From the NCBI GenBank assembly GCA_002269645.1, contig NIVC01002028.1, positions 147,269 through 211,268 on the forward strand: a DNA stretch of 64,000 bases, given 5' to 3'. The stretch is from Macrostomum lignano. Lineage: Eukaryota. Below are positions 39,983 to 51,345 of this stretch, piece after piece. Below the pieces are notes generated by a model. It was not told the origin of the DNA. It made no database searches and saw nothing but the letters and a program-made list of their open reading frames with translations. The position numbers and the translations under genes are program-made. How positions within the stretch are numbered: the stretch's first letter is position 1; each line of letters begins with the position of its first letter.

Positions 39983-41035
39983 AGAAGAGAGTAAAGAGAA
40001 GAATGAAAAGAGAAGAGAGATGAGATGATAGAAAACAGAGTAGAAATGAGTGGAGAGATTAGACATGACAGATGGGAGAGAAGAGGGGAATAAGGCGGGA
40101 ACGAAGGAGAGAGAAGAGAAGAGGAGAGAGGAGACGAGAGGGGAGATGTGAGATAGCAGAGGGGGACAATAGAGATGATAGGAGAGAGAATAGAGATGAG
40201 GGATAAGAGCGTACAGAGGTAATAGAAAAGAGGGGAGAGTAGAGGAGAAAGAAGGAGTGAGATGAGGGATGAGAGATGAGAGAGGAGGGGAGAGAGAAGA
40301 GAGGAGAAAAGAGGGGAGAAATGAGACAGGAGAGAGTAGAGACGAAAGACCAGGGAGAAGATATAAATAAGGTAGTATAGATGAGAGGAGAGAGAGGAGA
40401 GAGAGAAGCGAGAGGAGAAGAGAGAGAGGAGAGAGGAAAGAGATGAAAGATCAGAGATAAGAGAGTTAAGAGAAGGAAAGTAATGAGGAGAGGAGAGATG
40501 AGAGATGCGATGAGAAAAGAGATGAGTGAGAACATAAGAGAGAAGAGATTAGAGATTAGAGAAGAGAGGGGAGAAGATGAAAGGAGAAAGGAGAGGAGAG
40601 AAGAGAGAATGGAGAGGATAGAAAAGAGAGAAGAGAAGAGACAGGGGATAGTGGTAAGGAGGAAAGAAAGATGGGAGACAAGAAAGTAGAGTGTGAGAGC
40701 GTATATGAGATATGAGAAATGAGAAGCAGATACGAGAGAAAAGAGAAGACAGAGAGGGTTAAGAGAGACGATAGATAAGTAAGGAGAGATGACATATGAG
40801 AGAGGAGAGAAGAGGGAGAGATAAGAGAGAAGAGGAGACAGGAGACATAAGTGAAGAGGAGAGATATGAGAGAAGAGAGGAGACAAGAGACAGGAGAGGG
40901 TACAAACGAAAGACGAGGGAGAAGAGATAAATAAGGGAGTAGGGGTAGAGATGAGATGAGAGAGAGGAGAGAGAAGAGAGTCACGATAATAGCGAATAAA
41001 AGAGAGAGGAGATATGAGAGACGTGAGAGTCTTTG
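39983..41035 (+). repeat. About 1-kb GA-rich polypurine low-complexity tract
   Basis: Near-exclusive A/G composition; homologous tracts occur in the other two units. Confidence 0.9.
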
Positions 41036-42698
41036 AGCTATGGTCTTTCAAAGATTTTGTAAAGAATTTGGAGACGATTTGGAAGATGGGATTCAAGTCA
41101 TGGAGTTTCAGCTGATGGATTTCAGGGAATGGAATTCCGGTGATGGGAGTTCTTCCCCTTTCTCCTCCGGAGGAGGAGTTCCACTCGTATATACTAAAGC
41201 TGACGTCGTGGTCCGGTGGGCCGGGTTTGTCGACGATCTCCTCCTAGGATTCTTGCAACTCAACTTTCAAACCGGTACCAAAACATGTCAAATGTCCCGA
41301 CGATGCTACAATTTAAAATTCATTTTCAAATTTCAATTTTAAGTGCTTCAAAAAAGCAGAAAACAGCACAAACCAGACAGCCAGACCAGATGTCTATATA
41401 TCGCATTCCATGGACTTCCCACTTGACGCTATTTTGTATGGTTGCGCCACAACTTTTCTCCTATCTCTGCAGTGTATTTCATTTCAGCTGGGGGAGGGTC
41501 GCCGGCACTTGAGAATTGGCGGCCTACTTGCTCAGTGTTAAAAAGGGGTGGAGGTGCACACTGCGCGAGAATGGATGGCTTGATTTTTTTAACTCATCAC
41601 AGAGTGTACATTGCGCTCTGCAAGTAAGAAACGGGAAAACTTGCACCTTAATTTCTGCTTTTAATTTTCAAGCTACAGAAAAGTGAATCACACCGTTGGA
41701 GAGAGTTTGAAAAACTGAACAGAATGGTATAATTTTCTGTTCCGAAATCTCAACTGCATCAGAGCAATATGTCATAGAAAATTTCTTGATTTCAATTGTG
41801 AAAACGTTAAGTGGCTGGGGAGGGGTTTCATTAATTTAAATTCTGACTGTGCAATGCACAAGCCTAGACTCTCCCTGTGCATTTGGGGAGGTGCATGGGC
41901 TATAGACTGATTTTCATATTGAGTGATTGGCTGGAGATAATATTGAGATTAAATAAATGAATCACCGCAGTGTAAACTGCTTTTTTGACCCCCAATAACC
42001 TTCTTTTGCCACTCTGCCTGGGGCTTCAGCCAGTTTGTAAAAATAGCCACCCCAACCTCCGCCCGCGGGCCGCTGTGTATTGAGGGGTGGTGGGTGCGCG
42101 TGTTCTACGTTCAATGCAAATAAAACCCCCGCGTGTTGGCGGGTTGAGTTAAATTTAATGCTTCCCCCGTAACGGGGGTTGGGCTTGGACTGAGTGTACA
42201 TAGCTGTTGTACAGTGTAAAAAGATAGATAGAACTGTGCCGATATTCAATTGGTTTTATTATCGGCCCTGTGTATTAGCTGGGCAGTGAAATTCAATGAA
42301 TAAACTTGCGAGCTTCTCTAGCAAGAAGTCGGGAAATCGGTAAATTTCAAACGCTAACTGTTCCTCGAGTTTTAAACTTTGAGAGGAGAAACTTATAATG
42401 CTGGAAAGATCTTGCAACGCTGAGTTCGGGGATATAAGTTGTTTGCTTTAAATATGAAAAGAAAAAGCACAGCATTTGAAAAACTATTTCCATACTTTTA
42501 ACTTTCTGCAAAAATTGTACTCAGTTTTGCGAGACGTAATAGATAAAGTTGGGGGAGGGTTCAACTTCTCACTGCTGCTGTGTATTGGAGGGTTGATTTA
42601 GATTGACTGACTGACTGTGAAATCAGTTGCGCAATGAATTGATTCAATTAGTTCAATATTTTTATCAGTGCCTTTTAACACAAACCTGTGCGTAGTTC

Positions 42699-42727
42699 TA
42701 ACCCTAACCCTAACCCTAACCCTAACC
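42699..42727 (+). repeat. Interstitial telomeric repeat (TAACCC)4 plus TAACC
   Basis: Exact hexamer array in the same context as 39801. Confidence 0.95.
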
Positions 42728-43142
42728 AATGAATCCGGAGAGTTGAGTTGTTTGACGGAAAAAATTCGATTGAGTCCAGTTTAGCGGAGACGATTTCAAT
42801 GTTTTAATTTTGACGAAGAGGATTTCTGTTTCGTGGAGAGGATTTCGATGGTGTTCAGTTTCGTGGAGAGGATTTCGATGGCGTTCACTTTCGTGGAAAG
42901 GATTTCGATGATGTTCAGTTTCACGGAGAGGATTTCGATGATGTTCAGCTTCACGGAGAGGATTTCTGTTTCGCGGAGAAAATTTATGATTGATTTCTGT
43001 TTTATGGAGACCATTTTGATGGATTTAAGTTTCAAGGAGAGGATTTCGAAGGAGTCCAGTTTCACGGAGAGGATTTCGATGGTTTTCAGTTGCACAGACT
43101 GCTTCGCGGAGAGGATCTTGATGGATTTGGCATCTTCAATCA

Positions 43143-44215
43143 GTCAGAGAAGAGAGTAAAGAGAAGAATGAAAAGAGAAGAGAGATGAGATGATAGAAAA
43201 CAGAGTAGAAATGAATGGAGAGATTAGACATGACAGATGGGAGAGAAGAGGGGAGTAAGGCGGGAACGAAGGAAGAGAAAAGAGAAGAGGAGAGAGGAGA
43301 TGAAGGGAGAGGATATGAGAGAGGAGATATGAGATAGCAGAGAGGAGACAGGAGAGAAAAGAAAGGAGGGATAAGAGCGTACAGAGGCAATAAAAGAGAG
43401 GAAAGAGAGAAGAGAGGTGAGAGGTGAGAGGAGAGAGATGAAAGATCAGAGATCAGAGATTCAAGAGAAGAAAGTAGTGAGGAGAAAGAAGAGGGTAAAG
43501 ATGAGAGTGCAGAGAGGAGAGAAACGAGAGGAGACAGGTGATAGAAAAGAGTGTAAAAAAACAGGATATAAGAAAGGAGAGGGTGAGAGTGAGAGCATAT
43601 AGGAAAGTGTAAAAGGGGAGAGAGAATAGATAAGTGAGTAGAGAAGAGATATGAGAGAGGAGAGAGGAGAGATTAGAGAAGAGATGAGGGGAGATAAGAG
43701 GAGAGAAGAGGGAATGGAGAGGAGAGAAAAGAGAGGAGAGGAGACAGGTGATGCAGTAGAAAGGGAAGAAAGATGGTAGATAAGAAAGGAGAGGGTGAGA
43801 GCGTATAAGAGATACGAGTAATGAAAGCAGAGAGAAGAGAGAAAAGGGAAGAGAGAAAGTAGAGCGGAGACGATAGATAAGTGAGTAGAGATGAGATATG
43901 AGAGAGGAGAGAAAAGGGGAGAGATAAGAGAGAAGATATGAGAGTAGACAGGAGAGGGTACAGACGAAAGGCGAGGGAGAAGAGATAAATAAGGGAGTAG
44001 AGATGAGATATGAGAGAGAAGAGATAAGCGAGAAGAGTAGGAATAGAGGAGAGAGAGAAGCGAGAGAAGGGAGAGAGGAGGGAGAAGAGAGATGAAAGAT
44101 CAGAGAGGAGAGAGATGAAAGTGTAGAGAGGAGTAATTAGTGAGGATAAAGAAGAGAGTAAAAATAAAAATCAGAGCGCAGGGCGCAAGAGATGAGAGAT
44201 GGGAGTTGATAGATT
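43143..44215 (+). repeat. About 1-kb GA-rich polypurine tract
   Basis: Composition and similarity to 39983-41035. Confidence 0.9.
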
Positions 44216-45043
44216 GTAGAGGATTTGGAGATGATTTGGAAGATGGGATTCAATTCATTGAATTTCAGCTGATAGGAGTTCTTCCCCTTCAGAATTCCGG
44301 TGATGGGAGTTCTTCCCCTATCTCCTCCGAAGGAGGAGTTCCACTCGTCTCTTTACTAAAGCTGACGTCGTGGTCCGGTGGTAGGGTGGGCCGGTGGGCC
44401 GGGTTTGTCGACGATCTCCTCCTAGGATTCTTGCAACTCAACTTTCAAACCGGTACCAAAACATGTCAAATGTCCCGACGATGCTACAGTTTAAAATTCA
44501 TTTTCAAATTTCAATTTTAAGTGCTTCAAAAAAGCAGAAAACAGCACAAACCAGACAGCCAGATGTCTATATATCGCATTCCATGGACTTGCCACTTGGC
44601 GCTATTTTGTATGGTTGCGCCACAACTTTTCTCCTATCTCTGCAGTGTATTTCATTTCAGCTGGGGGAGGGTCGCCGGCACTTGAGAATTGGCGGCCTAC
44701 TTGCTCAGTGTTAAAAAGGGGTGGAGGTGCACACTGCGCGAGAATGGATGGCTTGATTTTTTAACTCATCACAGAGTGTACATTGCGCTCTGCAAGTAAG
44801 AAACGGGAAAATTTGCACCTTAATTTCTGCTTTTAATTTTCAAGCTACAGAAAAGTGAATCACACCGTTGGAAAGAGTTTGAAAAACTGAACAGAATGGT
44901 ATAATTTTCTGTTCCGAAATCTCAACTGCATCAGAGCAATTTGTCATAGAAAATTTCTTGATTTCAATTGTGAAAACGTTAAGTGGCTGGGGAGGGGTTT
45001 CATTAATTTCAATTCTGACTGTGCAATGCACAAGCCTAGATCT

Positions 45044-45044
45044 C

Positions 45045-45107
<63 letters not shown>

Positions 45108-45174
45108 CTATCTATCTATCTATCTCTCTATCTATCTATCTATCTATCTATCTCTATCTATCTATCTATCTATC
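45044..45174 (+). repeat. (TATC)n microsatellite
   Basis: About 130 bp of TATC with occasional TC slips, abutting a Helitron-type 5' end. Confidence 0.97.
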
Positions 45175-46082
45175 TTTATATACTAAAGTTGACGCGTTGT
45201 TTGTCTGTCTGTCATTTCGACAACTCCTCCTTGAATAGTGGCAACTCAGCGTTGAAACTTATATGGGAAGATTGGAAATTATCCGAGGTCGGCTATAGGC
45301 TATTTTAATTCTGAAATTTTAATTTCTAAGATCCTCAAAAAAGCAGAAAACGGCGGTCTTGACCTTTGATAATCTTAATTGTCCCCTCTTTCTGCTTGGA
45401 GCTGAAAATTTGCATGAATTTCAAGTGATTGCGCCACAACTTTTCCCTATCTCTGCAGTGTATTTTCTCTCCAGTGGGGGATGGGGCGTTCTAAATGGCT
45501 GCCTGTGTACAATCGGACCCTGGCTCACCGGCTGACTTTATAGACAATTGCGCAAAGATTTGTGTTCTAATTTTCAATAGGCAGCCCTGTGATTTTGTTG
45601 AACCTTGAAATTCAATGCATAAACTTGCGGGCCTCTTTAGCAGGCAGTGAACGTACAATTGATATTTTAATGCTTTAAATCAGAAAGTTTCAAACGCAAA
45701 CTGTTGCTCGAGTTTTTAACTTTGAGAGAAAAAATTTATATTGCTGGAAAGAACTTGCAACGCTGAGTTCGGGGATATAAGTTGTTTGCTTTAAATATGA
45801 AAGAAAAAACACAGCATTTGAAAAACTTTCATACTTTTAACTTTCTGCAAAGATTGTACTCATTTTTAGTTCAATGCCCCAACAGTTGGGGGTTCAATTT
45901 CTAACTGCCACTGCGTATTGAAAAGGGTTCAGTCTCTGTGTACTGGAGGGTTGATTTAGATTGCGCAATCTTTTTGTTAACTTTAACTGAGACTGATACT
46001 GACTGACTGAGAAATCAGTTGCGCAATCAATTGATTCAATTGGTTCAATTTTTTTATTTGGACACGCAGATGTGTGTAGCTT

Positions 46083-46117
46083 TAACCCTAACCCTAACCC
46101 TAACCCTAACCCTAACC
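46083..46117 (+). repeat. Interstitial telomeric repeat (TAACCC)5 plus TAACC
   Basis: Exact hexamer array in the same context as 39801. Confidence 0.95.
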
Positions 46118-46337
46118 AATGAATCCTGATATTTTATTCTTTTTGACGGAGAAAATTTCGATTGAGTCCAGTTTTAAAGAGAGAATTTCGATGGTTTTCA
46201 GTTTCACGGAGAGGATTTCTGTTTCGCGGAGAGGATTTCGATGGTCTTCAGTTTCACGGAGAGGATTTCGATGGTTTTCAGTTGCACAGACTGCTTCGCG
46301 GAGAGGATCTTGATGGATTTGGCATCTTCAATCAGTC

Positions 46338-47245
46338 AGAGAAGAGAGTAAAGAGAAGAATGAAAAAAGAAGAGAGATGAGTGGGTAGAAAACAGAGGAG
46401 AAATGAGTGGAGAAATTAGACATGACAGATGGGAGAGAAGAGGGAAGTAAGGCGGGAACGAAGGAGAGAGAAGAGAAGAGGAGAGAGGAGATGAGAGGGG
46501 AGATATGAGATAGCAGAGGGAGACAAGAGAGATAATAGGAGAGAGAATAGATGAGAGATAAGAGCGAACAGAGGAAATAGAAGAGAGGGGAGAGTCGAGG
46601 AGAAAGAAAGAGTGAGATGAGGGATGAGAGATGAGAGAGGAAAGAAGAGAGAAGAGAGGAGAAAAGAGGGGAGAAAGGAGACAGGAGAGAGTACAGACGA
46701 AATACCAGGGAGAAGATATAAATAAGGTAGTAGAGATGAGAGGAGAGAGAGGAGAGAGAAGCGAAAGGAGAAGAGAGAGAGGAGAGAGGAGAGATGAAAG
46801 ATGCGATGAGAAGAGATGAGTGAGAACATAAGAGAGAAGAGATTAGAGATTAGAGAAGAGCGGGGAGAAGATGAAAGGAGCAGGGAGAGGAGAAAAGAGA
46901 GAATGGAGAGGATAGAAAAGAGAGAAGAGAAGAGACAGGGGATAGTGGTAAGGAGGAAAGAAAGATGGGAGACAAGAAAGTAGAGTGTGAGAGCGTATAT
47001 GAGATATGAGAAATGAGAGCAGAGAGAAGAAAAAAGAGAAGAGAGAGAGGGTTAAGAGAGACGATAGATAAGTGAGTAGAGATGACATATGAGAGAGGAG
47101 AGAAGAGGGAGAGATAAGAGAGAAGAGACGGGACAAGAGACAGGAGAGGGTACAGACGAAAGACGAGGGAGAAGAGATAAATAAGGGAGTAGGGGTAGAG
47201 ATGAGATGAGAGAGAGGAGAGAGAAGAGAGTCAAGAGAGGGAGAA
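46338..47245 (+). repeat. About 0.9-kb GA-rich polypurine tract
   Basis: Composition and similarity to 39983-41035. Confidence 0.9.
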
Positions 47246-47417
47246 AAGTTTTGTAAAGGTCTTTGAAAAGGTCTTTGAAAAGTTTTGTAAAGAATTTGGA
47301 GACCATTTGGAAGATAGGGTTCAAAACATAGAATTTCAGTTGATGGATATTTCAGGGAATGGAATTCCGGTGATGGGAGTTCTTCCCCTTTCTCCTCCGA
47401 AGGAGGAGTTCCACTCG

Positions 47418-48465
47418 TTTGGCCTAAATGCGTCTGATAAATCCATGGAATTGGCCTTACCCCACAAGCCTGATCGCGCTTTTTGCCAGAGTCAATTTTC
47501 CGATGGAATTGGACTCTTGTGCCTACGAGCTGGTGCTGGTCAGCGGAACGGTTCAAGGATTCAGACAGCTCACCACGGTGAAAGAAGAGTTGGTTAGGAA
47601 GTTGTTCTGATTGAATGAAATCGAAGTTCCCCTTCCAGGAAACAATTGAACCAACCTTCGACGTGTGCTGGGTCTGACCATTTGGAGGATGACTAGCGGT
47701 CTGGTGAGCCATTGGAGGTGATGGTGTGATGGGACAGTCGGCAATGAAATGGTCCTCACCACCGCACCTGTGGCACTTCCTTGATCTTGACACCGCTGTA
47801 CCAAATTGCTGAGTTGCTCCGTGATTTGGCGGTTCTTGTGCTTGTTATGTGGCTTGTGTTGGTTTGAATTTTGGATTGACTTGTTAGAAGGTTGTGGTTG
47901 ATGAGAGGTCTGCTAACCGGGCATAAGATGCTAACCTATCGTAAAACTCGGCAATCGATTCGGTGCTGTTCTGGTGAGCGGCAACTATAGTTCAATATAA
48001 CTTTTATCCCTAATGTTAGAGTCAGTGTAACGCACTCTCATAGAATTCAGTGCCTCTTCACAGGTCTGGTCCGTGAGATTGTTATTTAGAAAACTCCTGG
48101 CATTCTGGTGACAGAAGGGACAGCAGGACTGCAGTCTGTTGAAAGTAAGGAACCCTATGAGCTTCAATGTACGCATTGAACTGAGCTTCCCAAGCATCAA
48201 ACTTCGTGGTGCAAGTGAACAACGGTGGCGGCCGAAGTTTAATGCGGCCCCCTGTTTCCTTCTGTCTGTTGACTCTGGTAGAACGATTGAGAACGGGACT
48301 CTCTTGAGAATTGATTTTCTAACAACCGGTGCAGTGCGTCAATGGTATTAGCAAGAAGTGGCTCTGAGTCTGTGGTGTTGCTTGCCACAAACTTTCTTTC
48401 CTGAGCAGAAGCGTCTGGATTTGGAGCCGCCAGTGCATGGCACCCCTGTCCTCGCGGTCACTCAT
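47418..48465 (-). pseudogene. gag: Gypsy gag (frameshifted) with CCHC zinc knuckle and a C-terminal cold-shock-like domain
   Basis: ATG at 48465. Pieces in shifted frames: PPPLFTCTTKFDAWEAQFNAYIEAH..., QNSTESIAEFYDRL, CHRCGGEDHFIADC (47775-47734), then KVGSIVSWKGNFDFI...LFFH...GTRVQF...ACGV. Confidence 0.85.
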
Positions 48466-48838
48466 GATCGGCTCGGCAAAGAAGGAAGATAAACGAAGCA
48501 AAGCGAAAGAGAGCAAACGACGAAGAAACAGACGAAAGAAAAGCAAAAAACACACTGAAAGTCTGGCGGAGGAAAATACCCAGCCTACAGGAGCCTAAAT
48601 TCACGCAAACCAGAGCAAAGCCGCCAGACAGAGCCCTATGCACACAAGCAGACAGGCTCACCCTTCTCAGGCTATTGAGGCTAATTGCAGATGGAACCGG
48701 CTCCACTGGCAGCGGCCGCAACGAACGCCGGGTCAGCTCGGTCGCCTGGGTCGCTGTGGCTGTCGGATTCGCCGCGGCTCGCCGAGTTCACCGAGCCGTT
48801 GAGTCGTCGGGGCCACCGGGTCGCCGAGGTTACAGGTT

Positions 48839-49030
48839 TTCTGAGTCATCGGGGTCTCTGTGTTGCCGAGATCACCGGGTTGCTGAGTCGTCGGGGTCTC
48901 TGTGTTGCCGAGATCACCGGGTTGCTGAGTCGTCGGGGTCTCTGTGTTGCCGAGATCACCGGATTGCTGAGTCGTCGGGGTCTCTGTGTTGCCGAGATCA
49001 CCGGGTTGCTGAGTCGTCGGGGTCTCGGTG
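48839..49030 (-). repeat. 42-bp tandem repeat in the Gypsy 5' leader, about 4.5 copies
   Basis: Plus-strand unit GTTGCTGAGTCGTCGGGGTCTCTGTGTTGCCGAGATCACCGG. Confidence 0.95.
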
Positions 49031-49118
49031 GCGTCGAGTTCATGCACTGGGTTTGTTGAGTCTGTTGAGTCTTTGTCTCGGTGGCGCCGAGTTTATTGGG
49101 TTTGTTGAGTTGCCGTAG

Positions 49119-49135
49119 TCTCGGTGCGACTTCCA
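49119..49135 (-). promoter_or_regulatory. Primer-binding site, tRNA-Gln-like
   Basis: TGGAAGTCGCACCGAGA lies 6 nt from the LTR end; 15/17 match to the Gln-type PBS TGGAGGTCCCACCGAGA as recalled from memory. Confidence 0.75.
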
Positions 49136-49141
49136 AATTTA

Positions 49142-51345
49142 TGTGACGAATAAGGCGGAAGACTTTGTGTAGCGGATAATTGGGATTAATCTACGATCCA
49201 GCAGATCAGCAGCCGATTTTACCCTTAGCGTGAATTTGCAGATTTAGTATATTTAGATAGACATTTAGTATATTTGGATTGGTACTTAATTTGATGCGCC
49301 TAGCAAGGGCCGGTCAGGATTCAGTTGATTGGTGGGTGGGCCGAGGTAGGCGGTAGAGGGTTAAGGTAAAGAGGCCAGACAGCTAAGGGATCCGCAAGCT
49401 TAGAGCGAGAAGCGAAGCGAGGAAGCAAATGGAGAGAGCGGCCGCTGACTGCAAGTGTATATTTATAATTGGTGAGTAAACAAGATAACAACAAGCTTAA
49501 TCCAAAAACCAGACAAATCCCCTCAGGCGCAATGTACATGTACAAATTAATCGATAAAATACGATTATCGTGCTAGAATAACTATAACGCCAGTACGTGT
49601 ACGTAGATGGAACTACTTTACGAGAAATAATACGATATGCAAGAAAAACAAATAATAGAATAAATAAATACGAGGCTACAAAAACCTACAGATTCAACAG
49701 TAACATTAGCGCAATAATAATACGTGTTGAATATTGTTAAAATTAAAGAACACAAGTAGTACGGTATGCATGCGAGATAAGGAGCCTCTTCATTTCGCCG
49801 GTTCGAAAAACGGAACCAGTTCCGAACCGGTTCGACGCTCTTCATATCGATGGTTCGAAAAACAGAATCAGTTCCGGAACATGGTTCTGATTCTGGAATA
49901 TGGTTCGAGAAATTTTCTCGAACCGTTGTCATGTTCACACTTTGACAGTAAAATATATTTGAAATCGTCAATTTTTTATTATTGTTATATAATTATTCCG
50001 TTTTTTGTCATATCCAAGAGGAAACAAAGTCAAAGAACGACAAAATTAAATTGTAAAGACTGTCAAACATAAAATGGGTTCAAAGCTCCTCATTTCACAC
50101 TGGTTCTGGTTCTAGAATTCGAATTTATTCTGGTTCTAGAACCAATTGCCATGAAGAGTGTGATAAATACAATATACGATACGGCAAATAGATTAGGCCA
50201 TAGAGAAACCTATTATTGGAGCATGTAGAGATTTTAAAACTATTGGCCCTATTTGCCTATCGCCGGTCGGCGAGTCCTACCAGACTTTCTCCAATAGTCG
50301 CAGGTACGGTACAAGTAAATAACGAACGCGATTTAAGCGAGTCAAGCGGATTTAGAGAGTGATAGTCCTAGATAATAAAGGCTAATCAAGATTGTGACAC
50401 TAATTTACAAAGTAGTTACTTGAAATCAATTACAAACTTCTTAATACGCAAACTCGCAACGCAATTAATATTTGAGCACGGATAACAACGATATAATTAA
50501 TTAGTTACGCACTGGTGAGCGGATCTCAGCTCGGAAGAAGAAGAAAGACCGAACAGGACCACGGAGAAAGACTCCTAAACACTGGCCTAAACCCAAGCCT
50601 ACTCTCAGGCGAGGACCCCGACGGATTGACAGTTCAGCGGAGCTCTGGCTAAGTCCTACCAGCTCTGCCCTTCAGTGCAACACTGAGGCCCTCGGGGTCG
50701 AGACCACGTACTGTGTCAAAACCGTCAGTTCCTATCTAAACCGCGCTCGTCGACAACGCCCTCAGGACAGGATTATCGCGGGCGTTACGCCAACAAGACT
50801 ATTGCGGTTGGGCGAGGGAATAACACAAGGACCGGGGAGACGATGCAGACCAAGCGCCTCAAAGCGCGATAAGAAGGCGAAACGGCCGGGAGGTTGAACA
50901 AACTAAAGGCCAAAAAACAGAAGTGAGATCCGACCGCCAAAACACACTTTCATTTATAGTCACTGTCAAACCCCTCAACCCCCCCCCCCTCAAGCCGGGT
51001 GGTGGGTGTCTGGCCGGCCGCTCGTTAAGCTGACTTGCACTGGACCCGCGGCGCTCTCTCAGACCGGGTAGAACTTGTTTTTTTTGCCGCGTGCCAGGGT
51101 CCATGCCGATCACGATTGGCTGGCCGCGCAAAGCTGGGGTATGCTGGAAAACTTCGACCCTCCGCTGTGTCACAATTGGCGTCCAGCTTCTGACCTGTTT
51201 ACACAAAATAAACACTAAACTAAGGGAAAAAAGTACATTGAAACGCGTGACTAAAACAAGCAAAATAAACTAACACAAAAGATGCTCACACTACAAGAGG
51301 TCAAGGAAATACGATTCATAGGCTTCTACGAATTACACTGTCACA
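49142..51345 (-). repeat. 5' LTR of the Gypsy element, split by a 1.5-kb insertion
   Basis: 49142-49783 and 51303-51345 together match LTR 19673-20340. Confidence 0.92.
49784..51302. mobile_element. Unclassified 1.5-kb insertion within the LTR
   Basis: Flanked by duplicated AAGGA (49779-49783 and 51303-51307). Short imperfect inverted ends CCTCTT/AAGAGG, a GGTTC/GAACC-rich left end and a C-run at about 50979-50989. Confidence 0.65.

Larger units (their letters stand above)
38871..41187 (+). mobile_element. Non-autonomous Helitron-like unit 1 (2.3 kb)
   Basis: Starts TCCTTATACTAAAACTGACG plus (TGTC)n immediately after the CTAG end; ends with hairpin CTCCTCC-GGA-GGAGGAG then TTCCA-CTCG|T. Confidence 0.8.
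41188..44347 (+). mobile_element. Non-autonomous Helitron-like unit 2: short 680-bp module plus long module
   Basis: Starts TATATACTAAAGCTGACG; internal small hairpin plus CTAG at 41864-41867; body homologous to unit 1; same hairpin-CTCG end. Confidence 0.78.
44348..47417 (+). mobile_element. Non-autonomous Helitron-like unit 3: short module, (TATC)n, long module
   Basis: Starts TCTCTTTACTAAAGCTGACG; CTAG at 45036-45039; a new TC-TTTATATACTAAAG start at 45173; hairpin-CTCG|T end at 47417, after which Gypsy gag sequence resumes. Confidence 0.8.
19673..51345 (-). mobile_element. Ty3/Gypsy LTR retrotransposon, about 8.9 kb when nested insertions are removed; decayed
   Basis: TG...CA LTRs at both ends, matching 4-bp TSD CAGT (19669-19672 and 51346-51349), PBS next to one LTR and PPT next to the other, gag then PR-RT-RH-IN order on the minus strand. 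Confidence 0.9.

Noticed and set aside
40059-47324. Long Leu/Ser-rich minus-strand ORFs (40059-41096, 40556-40984, 43136-43390, 46416-46829) and Arg/Glu-rich plus-strand ORFs
   Set aside because: They are by-products of GA/TC low-complexity tracts that lack stop codons, with no domain signal.
46843-47417. C-terminal part of the 316-aa ORF as part of Gag
   Set aside because: Beyond 47418 the frame simply reads into the Helitron terminus and GA tract. Only the CCHC-CSD part is retroelement-derived.
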